Source: a virus. Taken from it: a DNA stretch of 64,000 nt. Both the position numbers and the translations under genes were made by a program. The notes under the pieces were generated by a model that saw only the letters and a program-made list of their open reading frames with translations, was not told the DNA's origin and made no database searches. Location of the stretch: IMG/VR virus record IMGVR_UViG_3300045806_000063, positions 96,001 through 160,000 of that record; one strand, given 5' to 3'. Shown here one piece after another: positions 9,659 to 20,148 of this stretch. Each line of letters starts with the position of its first letter. Position 1 is the first letter of the stretch.

Positions 9659-10060
9659 ATGAAAACTAAACAATGTGAACAAAACCCATTCGCCGTTTGG
9701 TTAAGGCTATTCAGAAACCAACGCGGTTACAGTCTGGAAAGACTAAGTTGTGAAGTTGAGTGTGGTATAAGCTATCTTTCGAAAGTAGAATTAGGTAAAG
9801 TCCCTACTCCTTTCTGGTTACCAGACCGCTTGCTAGAACTATACCCACTTCTAAGTCTTAATGAAGAGTTTAAAAAAGCATTAATGTTAGGAGACTTTAC
9901 TACTCACACTAAAGGCAATGGTCAGACAAGAGAAATGCATATTAATAAATCAACTGTTATACGACTGTTTAATGGAGTAATTGATAGTCTGAGTGATCAA
10001 GGTCTAATTGATTTATGTAATCTTTTACTAAAGTTCCAACCTACTGTTACGGAGAAATGA
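9659..10060 (+). CDS. XRE-family helix-turn-helix protein
   Basis: FAVWLRLFRNQRGYSLERLSCEVECGISYLSKVELGK HTH pattern. Confidence 0.8.
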   Translation: MKTKQCEQNPFAVWLRLFRNQRGYSLERLSCEVECGISYLSKVELGKVPTPFWLPDRLLELYPLLSLNEEFKKALMLGDFTTHTKGNGQTREMHINKSTVIRLFNGVIDSLSDQGLIDLCNLLLKFQPTVTEK

Positions 10061-10440
10061 TGTCAATGAATAGCAAATTAATATCCCCCTTTGGGAAAAG
10101 GTTACGGAAGTTTAGAATTGATACTGGGATTACTCAAGCCGAAATGGCTAAAGCATTAGGGTATTCATCTTCCTTTTTGTCAAATCTAGAATTGGGTAAA
10201 GTTAATGCAACCAAGGAAATGATAGACAAGTTACTAACAACATTCGAAAGTTTACGACCATTCGAATATCAGTTAAGAAAGTTGGCATCCGAATCTCAAG
10301 CCAGAATAGATATTCACACATACAACCTATCCCTCGATAGAAGAAAATTACTGAGCTTAATGGCTGCAAACATAACGCATCTGTCAGATTTTCAAGTAAA
10401 GAGATTTATAGATTCTTTAAACCACGTTACGGAAAAGTAA
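10057..10440 (+). CDS. XRE-family helix-turn-helix protein
   Basis: PFGKRLRKFRIDTGITQAEMAKALGYSSSFLSNLELGK; ATGA overlap with the previous gene. Confidence 0.85.
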   Translation: MMSMNSKLISPFGKRLRKFRIDTGITQAEMAKALGYSSSFLSNLELGKVNATKEMIDKLLTTFESLRPFEYQLRKLASESQARIDIHTYNLSLDRRKLLSLMAANITHLSDFQVKRFIDSLNHVTEK

Positions 10441-10446
10441 AAGTAA

Positions 10447-11130
10447 ATGAACACCACATCCCCTGATGTTAATATCCATAAATTAGCCTTAAATATAGAG
10501 GCTGCTGTTAAAGAAATATCATTAATGGAGAAAGAACTTAGAACTATGAAGAAAGATGGGATCTTAATCCCAGATAAACTGAATCAGTTAATTGATTCCT
10601 CAAAAAAGAGACTGAAGAGACAACGCAGAGAAGTCAATAGAATGATCTGTATAACTGATTTCCAGAAGGGGTTAGAAAGATATAAAGAATTTTTCAGCTT
10701 TACCTGTTGGGAACCAACTCCTTTTGCTATGGTGTCTCGTGAGGTTATCGAGTCTACGTCTTTGGAAGTAGGTGAGTTAGTTTTTATAATATACCCACGA
10801 GATGCGTTGAGTTCTGAAGTTCCTGTTGAGTTCGGTAAAGGACATTTTTGTCTAGTAGTAAAATGGGATTTTACCGACACACATGCAATCATTGAAGACT
10901 CGTTTACTGGAAGACGATTTGAAGTTGATAAGCGTTACATTTATCCTAAATCCACGATATGTAATCAGATAATAAATCTTTTCACATTACAAAGCTGTCT
11001 AGCGAAAGAAGATCTTGCTCAGCAGACAGATACTCTCTGGGATGCCGGAGGATCTATCATTAGATATGGTAAATTAATTAACGATAGACGAATATCGGCA
11101 ATGTGTGAAAGTTTCACTAAAATCAAATAG
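10447..11130 (+). CDS. Hypothetical protein (N-terminal coiled coil, possible SH3-like barrel)
   Basis: 227-aa ORF in operon. Confidence 0.65.
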   Translation: MNTTSPDVNIHKLALNIEAAVKEISLMEKELRTMKKDGILIPDKLNQLIDSSKKRLKRQRREVNRMICITDFQKGLERYKEFFSFTCWEPTPFAMVSREVIESTSLEVGELVFIIYPRDALSSEVPVEFGKGHFCLVVKWDFTDTHAIIEDSFTGRRFEVDKRYIYPKSTICNQIINLFTLQSCLAKEDLAQQTDTLWDAGGSIIRYGKLINDRRISAMCESFTKIK

Positions 11131-11163
11131 CAATAACTTATTTAATATAACTGGAGTAAAAAA

Positions 11164-12129
11164 ATGAATAAAACTGAACAACTAATTTGGATCGATATCG
11201 AAACTACTGGATTTGATCCAAGATCAGATAAAATACTGGAAATTGCAGTAATAGTAACTGCACCTGATTTAATCGTAGACGATAGTAAGGTATTCACTTC
11301 TGCTATCAGAAAGGCTAAGTTTCAGTTAAAAGAAATGACAGAATGGTCCACTAAGCAGCATACTGAAAGCGGTCTCATAGCTAAGTGTCTAGATAATGCA
11401 ACACCAGTTATGACGGAAGTGGAAGCTCAGATACTTGAGTTCTTAAGTGTTCATACGGAAAAGGGCAAATGTCCAATAGCGGGCAGTAGTGTTTGGTTTG
11501 ATAAAGCTTTTCTCCAGTATCAAATGCCGTCACTGTATGACTGGTTACATTATCGGATAATCGATGTGTCCTCCATCATGCGTTTCATCAGAATGTATGA
11601 TGAACTCCCTCCAAGTAAAAAACTAAAACCGCACACCGCATTAGCTGATTTACAAGAAAGTATTGGGGAATTTAGAGAGTATAGAGATTCTCTATTTCCA
11701 AACTGGGCAGGGGGGTTATCAGTGCCCGACCTTTATCCACAATCCGCTACTGCAGTAGCGGCAAGGTATAAGAGAGAAGAAGAGGAGTCGTGGAAAAAAG
11801 AACATAACTTTAAGAAAGTTTTCACTGGATTCTTTGATGCTCCGCCTCGTGGATTTAAAGGTATAGATCTTAAAGATTCAGAGGTGCATAAAGAGGAAGA
11901 GGTGGTGCAAGATTCCTCTCAAACTATTTTCGATATACGCACTGATAGATTGTTAACGACCACGATGGTTTGTAACAAATTAGAAATAGTTAGAAGTACC
12001 CTGTACAACTGGATGAATGACTCCCGTAAGGAGTTTCCAAAGCCTATCGATAAGGCTGTACTAGGTAATCAGTGGTCAGAAAAGACGATTGATGAATGGG
12101 TTATGAAGATGAAAGGGGTAAATAAGTAA
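11164..12129 (+). CDS. orn: Oligoribonuclease (DEDDh) with C-terminal AlpA-like HTH
   Basis: LIWIDIETTG, CPIAGSSVWFDKAFL, YRIIDVSSI, HTALADLQESIGEFREYR. C-terminus LLTTTMVCNKLEIVRSTLYNWM...FPKPI...WSEKTIDEW. Confidence 0.85.
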   Translation: MNKTEQLIWIDIETTGFDPRSDKILEIAVIVTAPDLIVDDSKVFTSAIRKAKFQLKEMTEWSTKQHTESGLIAKCLDNATPVMTEVEAQILEFLSVHTEKGKCPIAGSSVWFDKAFLQYQMPSLYDWLHYRIIDVSSIMRFIRMYDELPPSKKLKPHTALADLQESIGEFREYRDSLFPNWAGGLSVPDLYPQSATAVAARYKREEEESWKKEHNFKKVFTGFFDAPPRGFKGIDLKDSEVHKEEEVVQDSSQTIFDIRTDRLLTTTMVCNKLEIVRSTLYNWMNDSRKEFPKPIDKAVLGNQWSEKTIDEWVMKMKGVNK

Positions 12130-12665
12130 TGGAAAAAACAAATGTAGTATCCTTATCCGAGGCAAGATTTAACAAACGACTAGATAAGGTTCTGGAAAAA
12201 GGTGAAGTCTTTATTGGGATCGAAGAGAATAATGGTAATATAGGTAAATTAGTCCTACCATTTATCATTGACCTATTGTCAATTACTGATCCGGTAAACG
12301 TTGAACTGGATGACATGGTCTTTGGATATAGTCATATTTCTTGTGTGAATCTTAGTACTGGAGAAATTACAGATGCTGATAGTTTCGTTACATCCGGAAT
12401 CTCATACACTTTATGTGAAAAATATACTGGAGCAGATACAGAATACCGTATTTCATTTAGACCAACGATGCCGGATGATCTGTCTCAGGCTGTCTCAAAA
12501 TTAAGAGTAGCTGAACTATTGAATCTTAATATCGTCATCCATGATAAACGATGCATTATTGTTAAATCATTTGAATGGAGTACAAATAAACTAGACGGTA
12601 CAGAAGAGTGGTTTTATGAAAAAGGCACGGGAATGTCTTTAATCAGGAAGTTTCTACCCTCGTAA
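12129..12665 (+). CDS. Hypothetical protein
   Basis: 178-aa ORF, TAATG overlap with orn. Confidence 0.7.
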   Translation: MEKTNVVSLSEARFNKRLDKVLEKGEVFIGIEENNGNIGKLVLPFIIDLLSITDPVNVELDDMVFGYSHISCVNLSTGEITDADSFVTSGISYTLCEKYTGADTEYRISFRPTMPDDLSQAVSKLRVAELLNLNIVIHDKRCIIVKSFEWSTNKLDGTEEWFYEKGTGMSLIRKFLPS

Positions 12666-12743
12666 ACTATCAGGTAGTAATAATAAAAGAGTTGAAGGTA
12701 TGTTATGAAGCACTATTTCATACCTTCAACCTGAGAACTAAAT

Positions 12744-12986
12744 ATGAAAATATCTGACTACGACGTTCGTCTGACAATTCATTTTGTAGTGGATGTGTAT
12801 GTCAGACGTTTTAATAACGGTGAGTTATCAGAACATGATAAAATGGTGCATTATAATTTAGCTAGAGGGAAACTTAGTGGTATTGAACTACTTATTCAGA
12901 ATAGTAAAGCACTGACTGAAATAGTTACGGATGCTAAACTTCAATTACTGAAATTAAAACCATTGATTAAGAGTAGAAAGACATGA
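12744..12986 (+). CDS. Hypothetical protein
   Basis: 80-aa ORF after the hairpin at 12691-12730. Confidence 0.6.
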   Translation: MKISDYDVRLTIHFVVDVYVRRFNNGELSEHDKMVHYNLARGKLSGIELLIQNSKALTEIVTDAKLQLLKLKPLIKSRKT

Positions 12987-13378
12987 TACAATATTTAGAA
13001 GGAGTAAAATATGAAATCCCAGTACCATTAACAACTGAAGTACTGGATGTAGTTTTAACTGATACATTTCTTGAATTTGCCCATATGGGGATGATTGGAA
13101 TAGCGCCGCTAAATGAAGAAGATACTGCGGCATTATTCATCCTTTATAGATGGCCTATGGAAACTGCACAATCGTTAGTTAGAGAAGTGCAGTTAAGGAG
13201 ACCTGGTGTTTCTTTGATGGTAATCAATCTATCAGACGGTATGTTATTGGACTTACAGAAAGAACCAGTAACTGTAAGTGTAGACACCATGCCGTACACT
13301 GTAAGAATTCAGTATACTGAAACTGCTAAGAGTGGTAAAAAACGTGTTATGATTGAATCTGCACCTGGTCTACATTAA
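12983..13378 (+). CDS. Hypothetical protein
   Basis: 131-aa ORF, ATGA overlap. Confidence 0.65.
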   Translation: MIQYLEGVKYEIPVPLTTEVLDVVLTDTFLEFAHMGMIGIAPLNEEDTAALFILYRWPMETAQSLVREVQLRRPGVSLMVINLSDGMLLDLQKEPVTVSVDTMPYTVRIQYTETAKSGKKRVMIESAPGLH

Positions 13379-13387
13379 AATCCGCTA

Positions 13388-13429
13388 TATCATATCCACT
13401 CAGAGCTTAAGCTCTGAGTGGATATGATA
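13388..13429. terminator. 42-bp perfect palindrome centred on CTTAAG
   Basis: TATCATATCCACTCAGAGCTTAAGCTCTGAGTGGATATGATA followed by TTATTTTTT. Confidence 0.7.
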
Positions 13430-13491
13430 GTCGTTATTTTTTCTTATCTTTTATATGAATCGTTTGTAATGTTAATTAATCTGGAGTGGTA

Positions 13492-16400
13492 ATGAGTTCT
13501 CTACTAAAAATAAAAGAATTTGAAACAAGATTTACTGTAAATCAAATAACGAAAATATCAGGATCATTCAAAAAATTTACACCTGATGTAATGTTTTTAC
13601 CTGAGAATGCAATGATTCATTTCATTGCTGAGACTAGCACTGAACTAGGTATTGATAAAAGTTTTTCACTACTGAGAAACTACTACAATGCTACGACCAT
13701 TTACCATGTTAAAGAACTTAAAGCAGTAGTAGGCTCTCCTTCTGCAGTTAGAGGGACTACAATTAAGCAACTGATAATTGCATACCATCGTACTCATCTA
13801 GAGATTAAAGAGTTATCTAATTTGGATAGATCTGTGTCTCTTGAAAAGAATCCAATCGTTGTAAACTATGCATTGTTAGCTAGAGTGTATAGTTATCCAA
13901 AACACGTCTTAAGCGAATATCATGAGTGGATGAATATACGAACCACTATGTGGGATACGATAGCTCAGATTGGTAGTAGGCGAGAACATTTTATTCGTTT
14001 TAAATTACCACTTCATCTTCAAACTAAGAATGAGTTAAACAAGTGTTTATCAGGGTTTAATTCTAGTGACTTAAACAACTTCCACACTAAAGATGATTTT
14101 GATTTAATGGAGTTATGGCAGATACTACATCCTCAAATTGAAACTCCAGTAACAAAGATTAGTGACTCTATATTGAGTAATGTATTTTTGACCTTTATTG
14201 AATCTGGGGTAATAGCTATAATTTCTTTAGGGGAGTTAATAGAATGGGCAGTAGAGGACTATGAGACTGCTACGAATAGCTTTCATAAATTCTTGGATAC
14301 CCTGATAGGGTTAAGAAGTCCTATTGATCTGAAGCAATTAGAATCTGATTCTGCTGACTTAGCTGATCATGTTGATGTTGATAGTAAAATAGTAAAGCTG
14401 ATTAATGCACATGGTGAAGTAGGAAATATATCCCATGGTGAACAGAAAGCTTTATTGAAATTATCAGAAAGATATAAAACCATAAAAGATCCAGCAGGTT
14501 CTGGTTTTACAGTAGAAGAATTAACGAAAGGTCCTCAAAATAAACCAATACTGAGAGAAGCTTTAATAAATGATCCTGCTGGTGTTATTAATCAGGATAT
14601 GCTTTATTCAAGTGTAGATTACAAAGAAAAAGCATATGTAAAAGATGTAATGCATAAAAATATGCTGCAAATGATTCTAAAATTACAGGATGGCGGCATC
14701 ATCATTAAGGATATAAAACTTAACAAAAGAATAGATGCAGCTAACAAACAGTTTGAATATACAGTAGCAGTGACTCCTGTAGCCGGGGAAGCTAGTACAT
14801 TGCCAATAACTATACCGGTTATAGAACCTGACGGAAGTTTCCTGCTGGGGGCTACTAAGTATAGGTTAGATACTCAGAAAGGTGAAATGCCGGTAGTAAA
14901 GACTAAAGCGAACACAGTAGCCTTAACTAGCTACTATAGTAAAATCTTTATAATAAGAACTGAATCTGCAAACCTAAACTATAGCAGATGGATTAGCAAA
15001 ATACTATTAAATCAGAGTGAAGCTGGAGGAGTGGTAACTGACTTAATTCATGGGATATCACACATAACCGATAAAGTCCCTAGAGGTTACTCAGCTATTG
15101 GTGAGAACTATAAGAGTTTCACAGTAAAAGGACAGTATGCTTTTACTTTTGCTTACTCTGACATTAACACTAATTTTACACCAGAAGAAGTGACTACCTT
15201 TGAACAGATGAAACTCGTACCTTGCGGTAGAGATTTAAAATCAAAATCACCTATTGGGATGGACGCTGAAGGTAAAATATATTTGGTTGTTATCAAAGAT
15301 AAAAATGATGGTATGATTTATTTGGGAACTATTCCAAATTTAATTAGTGAAGATCTTGGTAATGGTCCTAATGAGTTTACTGAGTTTGGTATGTTTGGTA
15401 AAAGGGTACCTATCATCTTAGCTTTAATGATGAGGGATGGTCTTGAAAAGACTCTAAAAAATTTACATGTAGAGTATAGCATAAATCCAGTTGCATCAAC
15501 CAGGATAGTTTTTGACCCTACTAAGCTTATCTTAAAGTGTAAAGATTCCACATACATCATAGACATAACTAACCCTTTCAGACGATTAATAGTTTCAGGG
15601 TTATATGTGTTAAGGGATATAAGTACACGATATAAAGCTATCGACTTTAACCATACTCAGTCCTATGGTTCAATATTCTCTGCTATTGGGTTAAGCTCCC
15701 ACTATATTAAAGAAATTGATTTAATGTGGGATATGTTTATAGATCCAATAACTGAAGAACTTTTAACAGTGACAAAAGAACCTACCAATTTTAAAGACCT
15801 GCTATTACATGCTAGCGACTTGTTAATAGATGACCATATACCTGATGTAACTAGTGTTAGGAATAAAGGTTATGAACGTATATGCGGAATGGTATATCGT
15901 GAACTCGTATTAGCCATGCGCGAGCATAGAGGCAAAGGATCATCAGTTGGTTCAAAGTTTACACTAAATCCTAATGCGATAATGATGTCGATACAACAAG
16001 ATCAAACACAGACATTAGTCGAGGAATCAAACCCTATACATAACCTGAAAGAAAAGGAATCAGTAACATGTGTTGGTGCAGGGGGACGAAATACTGATAC
16101 GATGATGCATAAGGATCGTGGGTTCACTAAACATGATTTTGGTATTTTATCTACTGATACTCCTGACTCTGGAAAGGTAGGGGTTCGTGGAAGTTTAGCA
16201 CCTGATGCAAACTATACTTCGGTGTATGGTACTGTGGAGGCTCTAGATCCTGCGACAGCTAAAAACCCAGTACAAGTATTAAGTACCTCAATGTTATTAG
16301 CTCCTGGAGTTACCCATGACGATGGTAGACGTGGCAACTTTATAGGTATTCAAAATAGTCACACAGTAGGATGTGAAAATTATGATGCTTTACCTTATTG

Positions 16401-17448
16401 TACAGGATATGAAGAGGTAGTAGCAGGTAGAACCGATGAACTCTTTGCAATAAAAGCTAAAGAAGATGGAACTGTTGAAAAGGTAACTGCTTCCATGTTA
16501 ACCGTTATCTTTAAAGGAGCAGGAAAGGTAAACTATGAAATCGGTGTACGACACGGTGTTGCTTCTGGTAAAGTTACTCCTCATAATAGAGTAACTGATC
16601 TTAGAGCTGGTGATAAATTTAACAAGAATGATATTTTGATATGGGATTCAGGTTTCTTTGAAAGAAGTTTAATAAATCCTAACAACGTAGTTCATAAACA
16701 AGGGATCTTAGCTAGGTTTGTTTTTGTTGACAATGCTTTAACCAATGAAGACGGCTGTGTTATCACTGATAAGTTTGCATCTAAGATATATACCATGAAA
16801 ACTAAGTTACATGCCATTATCATAGATTTTGATATGATAGTCCATAATTTAGTCACTGTCGGAACAGAAGTCACTCCTGAAACCATTCTATGTACCCTGG
16901 AGGGGTTTGTTCACGATGCTTTACAAACTAAAGATCCTGAGGCTATAAAGGCTTTGTCTGACATTAGTGCTGGTAATCCTAAAGCAAAAGTCTATGGTAA
17001 AATAACTAATATGGATATGGTTTACTATGGAAAGATAGAGGATATGCATTCTAGTATGCAGGAATTAGCTACCAAGTTTGATAACAGTAGGGCTAAACGT
17101 GTGAATACTTTTAACCTTGACGAAGCTAAGACTGGAAAGATCTCAAGTTCGATAAGGGTAGGTGGTATTAAACTTGAACCAAATCAAATGGCTATCAGGA
17201 TCTATATCGATGATATACTGGATATGAATACTGGTGATAAAGGTGTAGTGTGTCATCAATTGAAGACTACGATATCTTCAGTCACTCCAGATCCAATAAC
17301 AACTGAAGATGGACAGGAATTAGATGGCGAGTTTGCTTACATGTCAATTAGTAACCGAATCGTCGAGTCTGTTATTATAGTTGGAATGGCGTGTGAGATA
17401 CTGGCTGCTGGTACTAAAAATATGGTAAAGATTTATAAATCACATTAA
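13492..17448 (+). CDS. Virion RNA polymerase beta subunit, large part (phiKZ gp178-like)
   Basis: ~1320 aa. LPITIPVIEPDGSF, YRLDTQKGEMPVVK, SNPIHNLKEKE, GGR, DTPDSGKVG, NFIGIQNSH, LPYCTGYE, GDKGVVCHQLKTTI. ATG 13492 with GGAG RBS. Confidence 0.9.
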   Translation: MSSLLKIKEFETRFTVNQITKISGSFKKFTPDVMFLPENAMIHFIAETSTELGIDKSFSLLRNYYNATTIYHVKELKAVVGSPSAVRGTTIKQLIIAYHRTHLEIKELSNLDRSVSLEKNPIVVNYALLARVYSYPKHVLSEYHEWMNIRTTMWDTIAQIGSRREHFIRFKLPLHLQTKNELNKCLSGFNSSDLNNFHTKDDFDLMELWQILHPQIETPVTKISDSILSNVFLTFIESGVIAIISLGELIEWAVEDYETATNSFHKFLDTLIGLRSPIDLKQLESDSADLADHVDVDSKIVKLINAHGEVGNISHGEQKALLKLSERYKTIKDPAGSGFTVEELTKGPQNKPILREALINDPAGVINQDMLYSSVDYKEKAYVKDVMHKNMLQMILKLQDGGIIIKDIKLNKRIDAANKQFEYTVAVTPVAGEASTLPITIPVIEPDGSFLLGATKYRLDTQKGEMPVVKTKANTVALTSYYSKIFIIRTESANLNYSRWISKILLNQSEAGGVVTDLIHGISHITDKVPRGYSAIGENYKSFTVKGQYAFTFAYSDINTNFTPEEVTTFEQMKLVPCGRDLKSKSPIGMDAEGKIYLVVIKDKNDGMIYLGTIPNLISEDLGNGPNEFTEFGMFGKRVPIILALMMRDGLEKTLKNLHVEYSINPVASTRIVFDPTKLILKCKDSTYIIDITNPFRRLIVSGLYVLRDISTRYKAIDFNHTQSYGSIFSAIGLSSHYIKEIDLMWDMFIDPITEELLTVTKEPTNFKDLLLHASDLLIDDHIPDVTSVRNKGYERICGMVYRELVLAMREHRGKGSSVGSKFTLNPNAIMMSIQQDQTQTLVEESNPIHNLKEKESVTCVGAGGRNTDTMMHKDRGFTKHDFGILSTDTPDSGKVGVRGSLAPDANYTSVYGTVEALDPATAKNPVQVLSTSMLLAPGVTHDDGRRGNFIGIQNSHTVGCENYDALPYCTGYEEVVAGRTDELFAIKAKEDGTVEKVTASMLTVIFKGAGKVNYEIGVRHGVASGKVTPHNRVTDLRAGDKFNKNDILIWDSGFFERSLINPNNVVHKQGILARFVFVDNALTNEDGCVITDKFASKIYTMKTKLHAIIIDFDMIVHNLVTVGTEVTPETILCTLEGFVHDALQTKDPEAIKALSDISAGNPKAKVYGKITNMDMVYYGKIEDMHSSMQELATKFDNSRAKRVNTFNLDEAKTGKISSSIRVGGIKLEPNQMAIRIYIDDILDMNTGDKGVVCHQLKTTISSVTPDPITTEDGQELDGEFAYMSISNRIVESVIIVGMACEILAAGTKNMVKIYKSH

Positions 17449-17462
17449 AAGGAATATAGTAA

Positions 17463-17642
17463 ATGAATTTAACTTCTGAACAACAAAAGTTTAAAGAAAG
17501 TAAAGTGGCAGCAGCAATAACAGTTGATCTGGCTACCGAAATACTTAAACTGGTAGCTAATAAAACAATGGCTAATCAGTTAGATTTGAATGCATTGCCG
17601 GATATCGCTGCAAGTGCATTATCTTCCTCTATTAACGTTTAA
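17463..17642 (+). CDS. Small hypothetical protein (59 aa, not in the ORF track)
   Basis: MNLTSEQQKFKESKVAAAITVDLATEILKLVANK..., AAGGA RBS, fills the operon gap. Confidence 0.65.
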   Translation: MNLTSEQQKFKESKVAAAITVDLATEILKLVANKTMANQLDLNALPDIAASALSSSINV

Positions 17643-17651
17643 GGTGCTGCA

Positions 17652-19070
17652 ATGTTAAATGAAAGAAATCTGAAATTAGGTCATGAGATAGCTGCATCCT
17701 TGGAGTACAGTAATAAGAATCTTCTTCCAGTTCCTCAAGGGCCGATTGATACTATTATGAAGGCCTTATATCTTGATAATGCCACGATTGACAATGGTAC
17801 GATCCTTGAAGTCGCTGAAGTTAAAACTTCCGTCATGGGCAGTTATGAACAGGTACTAACGAAAGTTGCTCACACCTATTCAAACATCGTAAGCAATATA
17901 GTGAATGCTGCACGCAACACTGTAAAACCGTTAGTGGATAGAATCTTTGAAGAGGTTCATAAAAGTAATCAGAGTTCGCTACTGGAAGGAACAAATCTGT
18001 TTAAAGAAATTATTCAACTGGTACCACCAAGAATACTGTATGATGAACAGTTCGTTAATCTATTGGGTGAATACAAAGAAGTAATTTACCCAAACCTGAA
18101 TGAACTGAAAGATATCCTGCCAGTTCTTAACCATGTGTTCAGTTCAGACGAACTGTACGACCTTACCTTGACAGGGAGTCCATTAATCGATGGTAAGTTG
18201 AGAGAAGTAATTAAACCTAACTCAGTACTGTCATTGGCTCCAGACTACAATCATAGTGCAGATATGATACCTTTCATTCCTGCACTTACGCTATTTATGT
18301 TATTACAAGGTGTAATAAATCGACGCTCTGATAAAGTAGATTCCATGTTCGAAGGAGAGTTACTTGAATCTCAAGTACTGAGTATGCGAAATGCAGTAGG
18401 TGGTGCCTTACATCGTCTGTCTAAAGAGTTTATAGATGATATCGAACAAAATCGTATCTTCTGTAAACGTCCAAGACTGTACTGTGTTTCACCTGAGATG
18501 CACGACTATGATCAGGAACAAATATATGTATATGCAAAAGCATACCAGGAATGGATTGCTGGAAGTAATGGATCTATCGAGGCATTATTAGGGTTTGTTG
18601 CAGAACATCCAAATGAACTGTTTAATGAGAACCTTATAAAGGATGCAAAAAGATATGAAGAGATTTATCATCAAAAAATCAGATCTTTGGATATCGTCAA
18701 ATCATTAAACGATATCACTCGTATCAGAAAAATTACTCACACCATCATGGAAAGTTATCTGAATGTAAATAATGATGGTACAACTGCTGAACTAATTTTA
18801 CAGCATCAAAGATTAGCAGCAGCTATTGCTCATGATTACCATGGTCCTAATGATCTCGTACCTTATCTGATTAAAGTGGTAGCACGAACATTGTACCCTT
18901 CATTTAATTCAAAAATAGAAGAATTGAATAAGTCTGATGTTAAAGATGTTTTACTTGAAACATTTGCACTGACTTCTGATGTTGCTGAACCTGATCATGA
19001 GATGGCTTTATTTATAGCCACTACCAGGTTAGTGATGAAAAAGTTATCCAAAGAACTTATAATAGTCTAA
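17652..19070 (+). CDS. Virion protein, phiKZ gp177-like by position
   Basis: 472 aa, between RNAP beta and the gp176-like gene; ARNTVKPLV motif. Confidence 0.6.
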   Translation: MLNERNLKLGHEIAASLEYSNKNLLPVPQGPIDTIMKALYLDNATIDNGTILEVAEVKTSVMGSYEQVLTKVAHTYSNIVSNIVNAARNTVKPLVDRIFEEVHKSNQSSLLEGTNLFKEIIQLVPPRILYDEQFVNLLGEYKEVIYPNLNELKDILPVLNHVFSSDELYDLTLTGSPLIDGKLREVIKPNSVLSLAPDYNHSADMIPFIPALTLFMLLQGVINRRSDKVDSMFEGELLESQVLSMRNAVGGALHRLSKEFIDDIEQNRIFCKRPRLYCVSPEMHDYDQEQIYVYAKAYQEWIAGSNGSIEALLGFVAEHPNELFNENLIKDAKRYEEIYHQKIRSLDIVKSLNDITRIRKITHTIMESYLNVNNDGTTAELILQHQRLAAAIAHDYHGPNDLVPYLIKVVARTLYPSFNSKIEELNKSDVKDVLLETFALTSDVAEPDHEMALFIATTRLVMKKLSKELIIV

Positions 19071-19780
19071 TGGATATTACTCATTTAAAACGTAACCCTG
19101 ATAAAGTTAAAGAGGCTATGAAGGAGGTAGGGGATTCATTAATCGCTGTAAAGCCTTTAAAGATATATCTGCCGGAACATTATGGTAACATAGGGTTCTT
19201 TAACTTAGGTGAAGTAACTACTATGGTAGCTGTCTGGGGTGTTGTAGTAGATGACTACTATGAGTTAAGTGTTGCTGCCACCATAGGCATCACTGCGCCA
19301 TCTAATGTTACTGTAGTGACAATAAATGGCTCTAAGTATTATGAACTCAGTTATGAGAAACATGATAAAATCTGGGTAAACTTAAACATGGTAAAGGTGA
19401 ATACATTATTCCTGATACTATATCAGGAATTTATAGCTAAAGCTAACATCCCATGGTACATGAGCTATGAACAAATTGGACTCATCAGTGAGACTGCTCA
19501 GTTACATGCTGATGCTAATCTAGGTACTGACTCTGCTATTATAGAACTGATGATAAGTGCTACAGCTAGACAGCATAAAGATAAAAAGGAATTTATTCGA
19601 CATCAAGCTAATGTCTCACCTGATACCGTACCAGCGTATATACCTTTAACTTCGGTAGCCTTCCAAGTTACTAATACCTTTGCTAAATTAGCCGGTGGTT
19701 ATTTTAATGAAGGTATGACTAGCGCATTAGTGTATCCAACAACAACCAATGAACCAATTGAAACAATTCTTAGAGAATGA
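19070..19780 (+). CDS. phiKZ gp176-like protein, candidate small virion RNAP subunit
   Basis: 236 aa, LKRNPDKVK...IYLPEHY...EFIAKANIPWYMSY...KLAGGYFNEGMTSALV; conserved position upstream of the head protease. Confidence 0.65.
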   Translation: MDITHLKRNPDKVKEAMKEVGDSLIAVKPLKIYLPEHYGNIGFFNLGEVTTMVAVWGVVVDDYYELSVAATIGITAPSNVTVVTINGSKYYELSYEKHDKIWVNLNMVKVNTLFLILYQEFIAKANIPWYMSYEQIGLISETAQLHADANLGTDSAIIELMISATARQHKDKKEFIRHQANVSPDTVPAYIPLTSVAFQVTNTFAKLAGGYFNEGMTSALVYPTTTNEPIETILRE

Positions 19781-19788
19781 GGTAACAA

Positions 19789-20124
19789 ATGTCTAACCCA
19801 AGATTAGGATATCGACACACTTTACATATACCAACCGTCATACCTTTAAGTGGCAGTAATAATGCACCAGTCATAACCACTACAATGGTATGGTCTGTAG
19901 ATAATGATGCACTTGCCACTATATCACAAAATGGTGAACTCTTACGGAACTTATCTGCAGACACTGGTACGGTTACAGCTACAGTAACTGGCTTCTATCG
20001 TAACACAGCTAAGGGAGTGCAGGAGGATGTTAAACAATGTCCATTTCGTGGTAGTGTTGCATTTACCTTAATTCCTCTCACTGAACTAGAACCAGTTACT
20101 GATATAAAGATGTCATTTAGTTAA
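19789..20124 (+). CDS. Small Ig-like (Big_2-type) beta-rich protein
   Basis: VWSVDNDALATISQNGEL...GTVTATVT pattern. Confidence 0.5.
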   Translation: MSNPRLGYRHTLHIPTVIPLSGSNNAPVITTTMVWSVDNDALATISQNGELLRNLSADTGTVTATVTGFYRNTAKGVQEDVKQCPFRGSVAFTLIPLTELEPVTDIKMSFS

Positions 20125-20148
20125 ATTATTTACAGTTAGGAGATTTAT

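Noticed and set aside
9659-12129. Prophage or lysogeny module (XRE plus AlpA)
   Set aside because: No integrase or att sites, and flanks are phage core genes, not host DNA
12691-12730. Hairpin as a structured ncRNA
   Set aside because: Only a 12-bp stem with a 16-nt loop in a short intergenic gap; cannot be distinguished from a terminator or processing site
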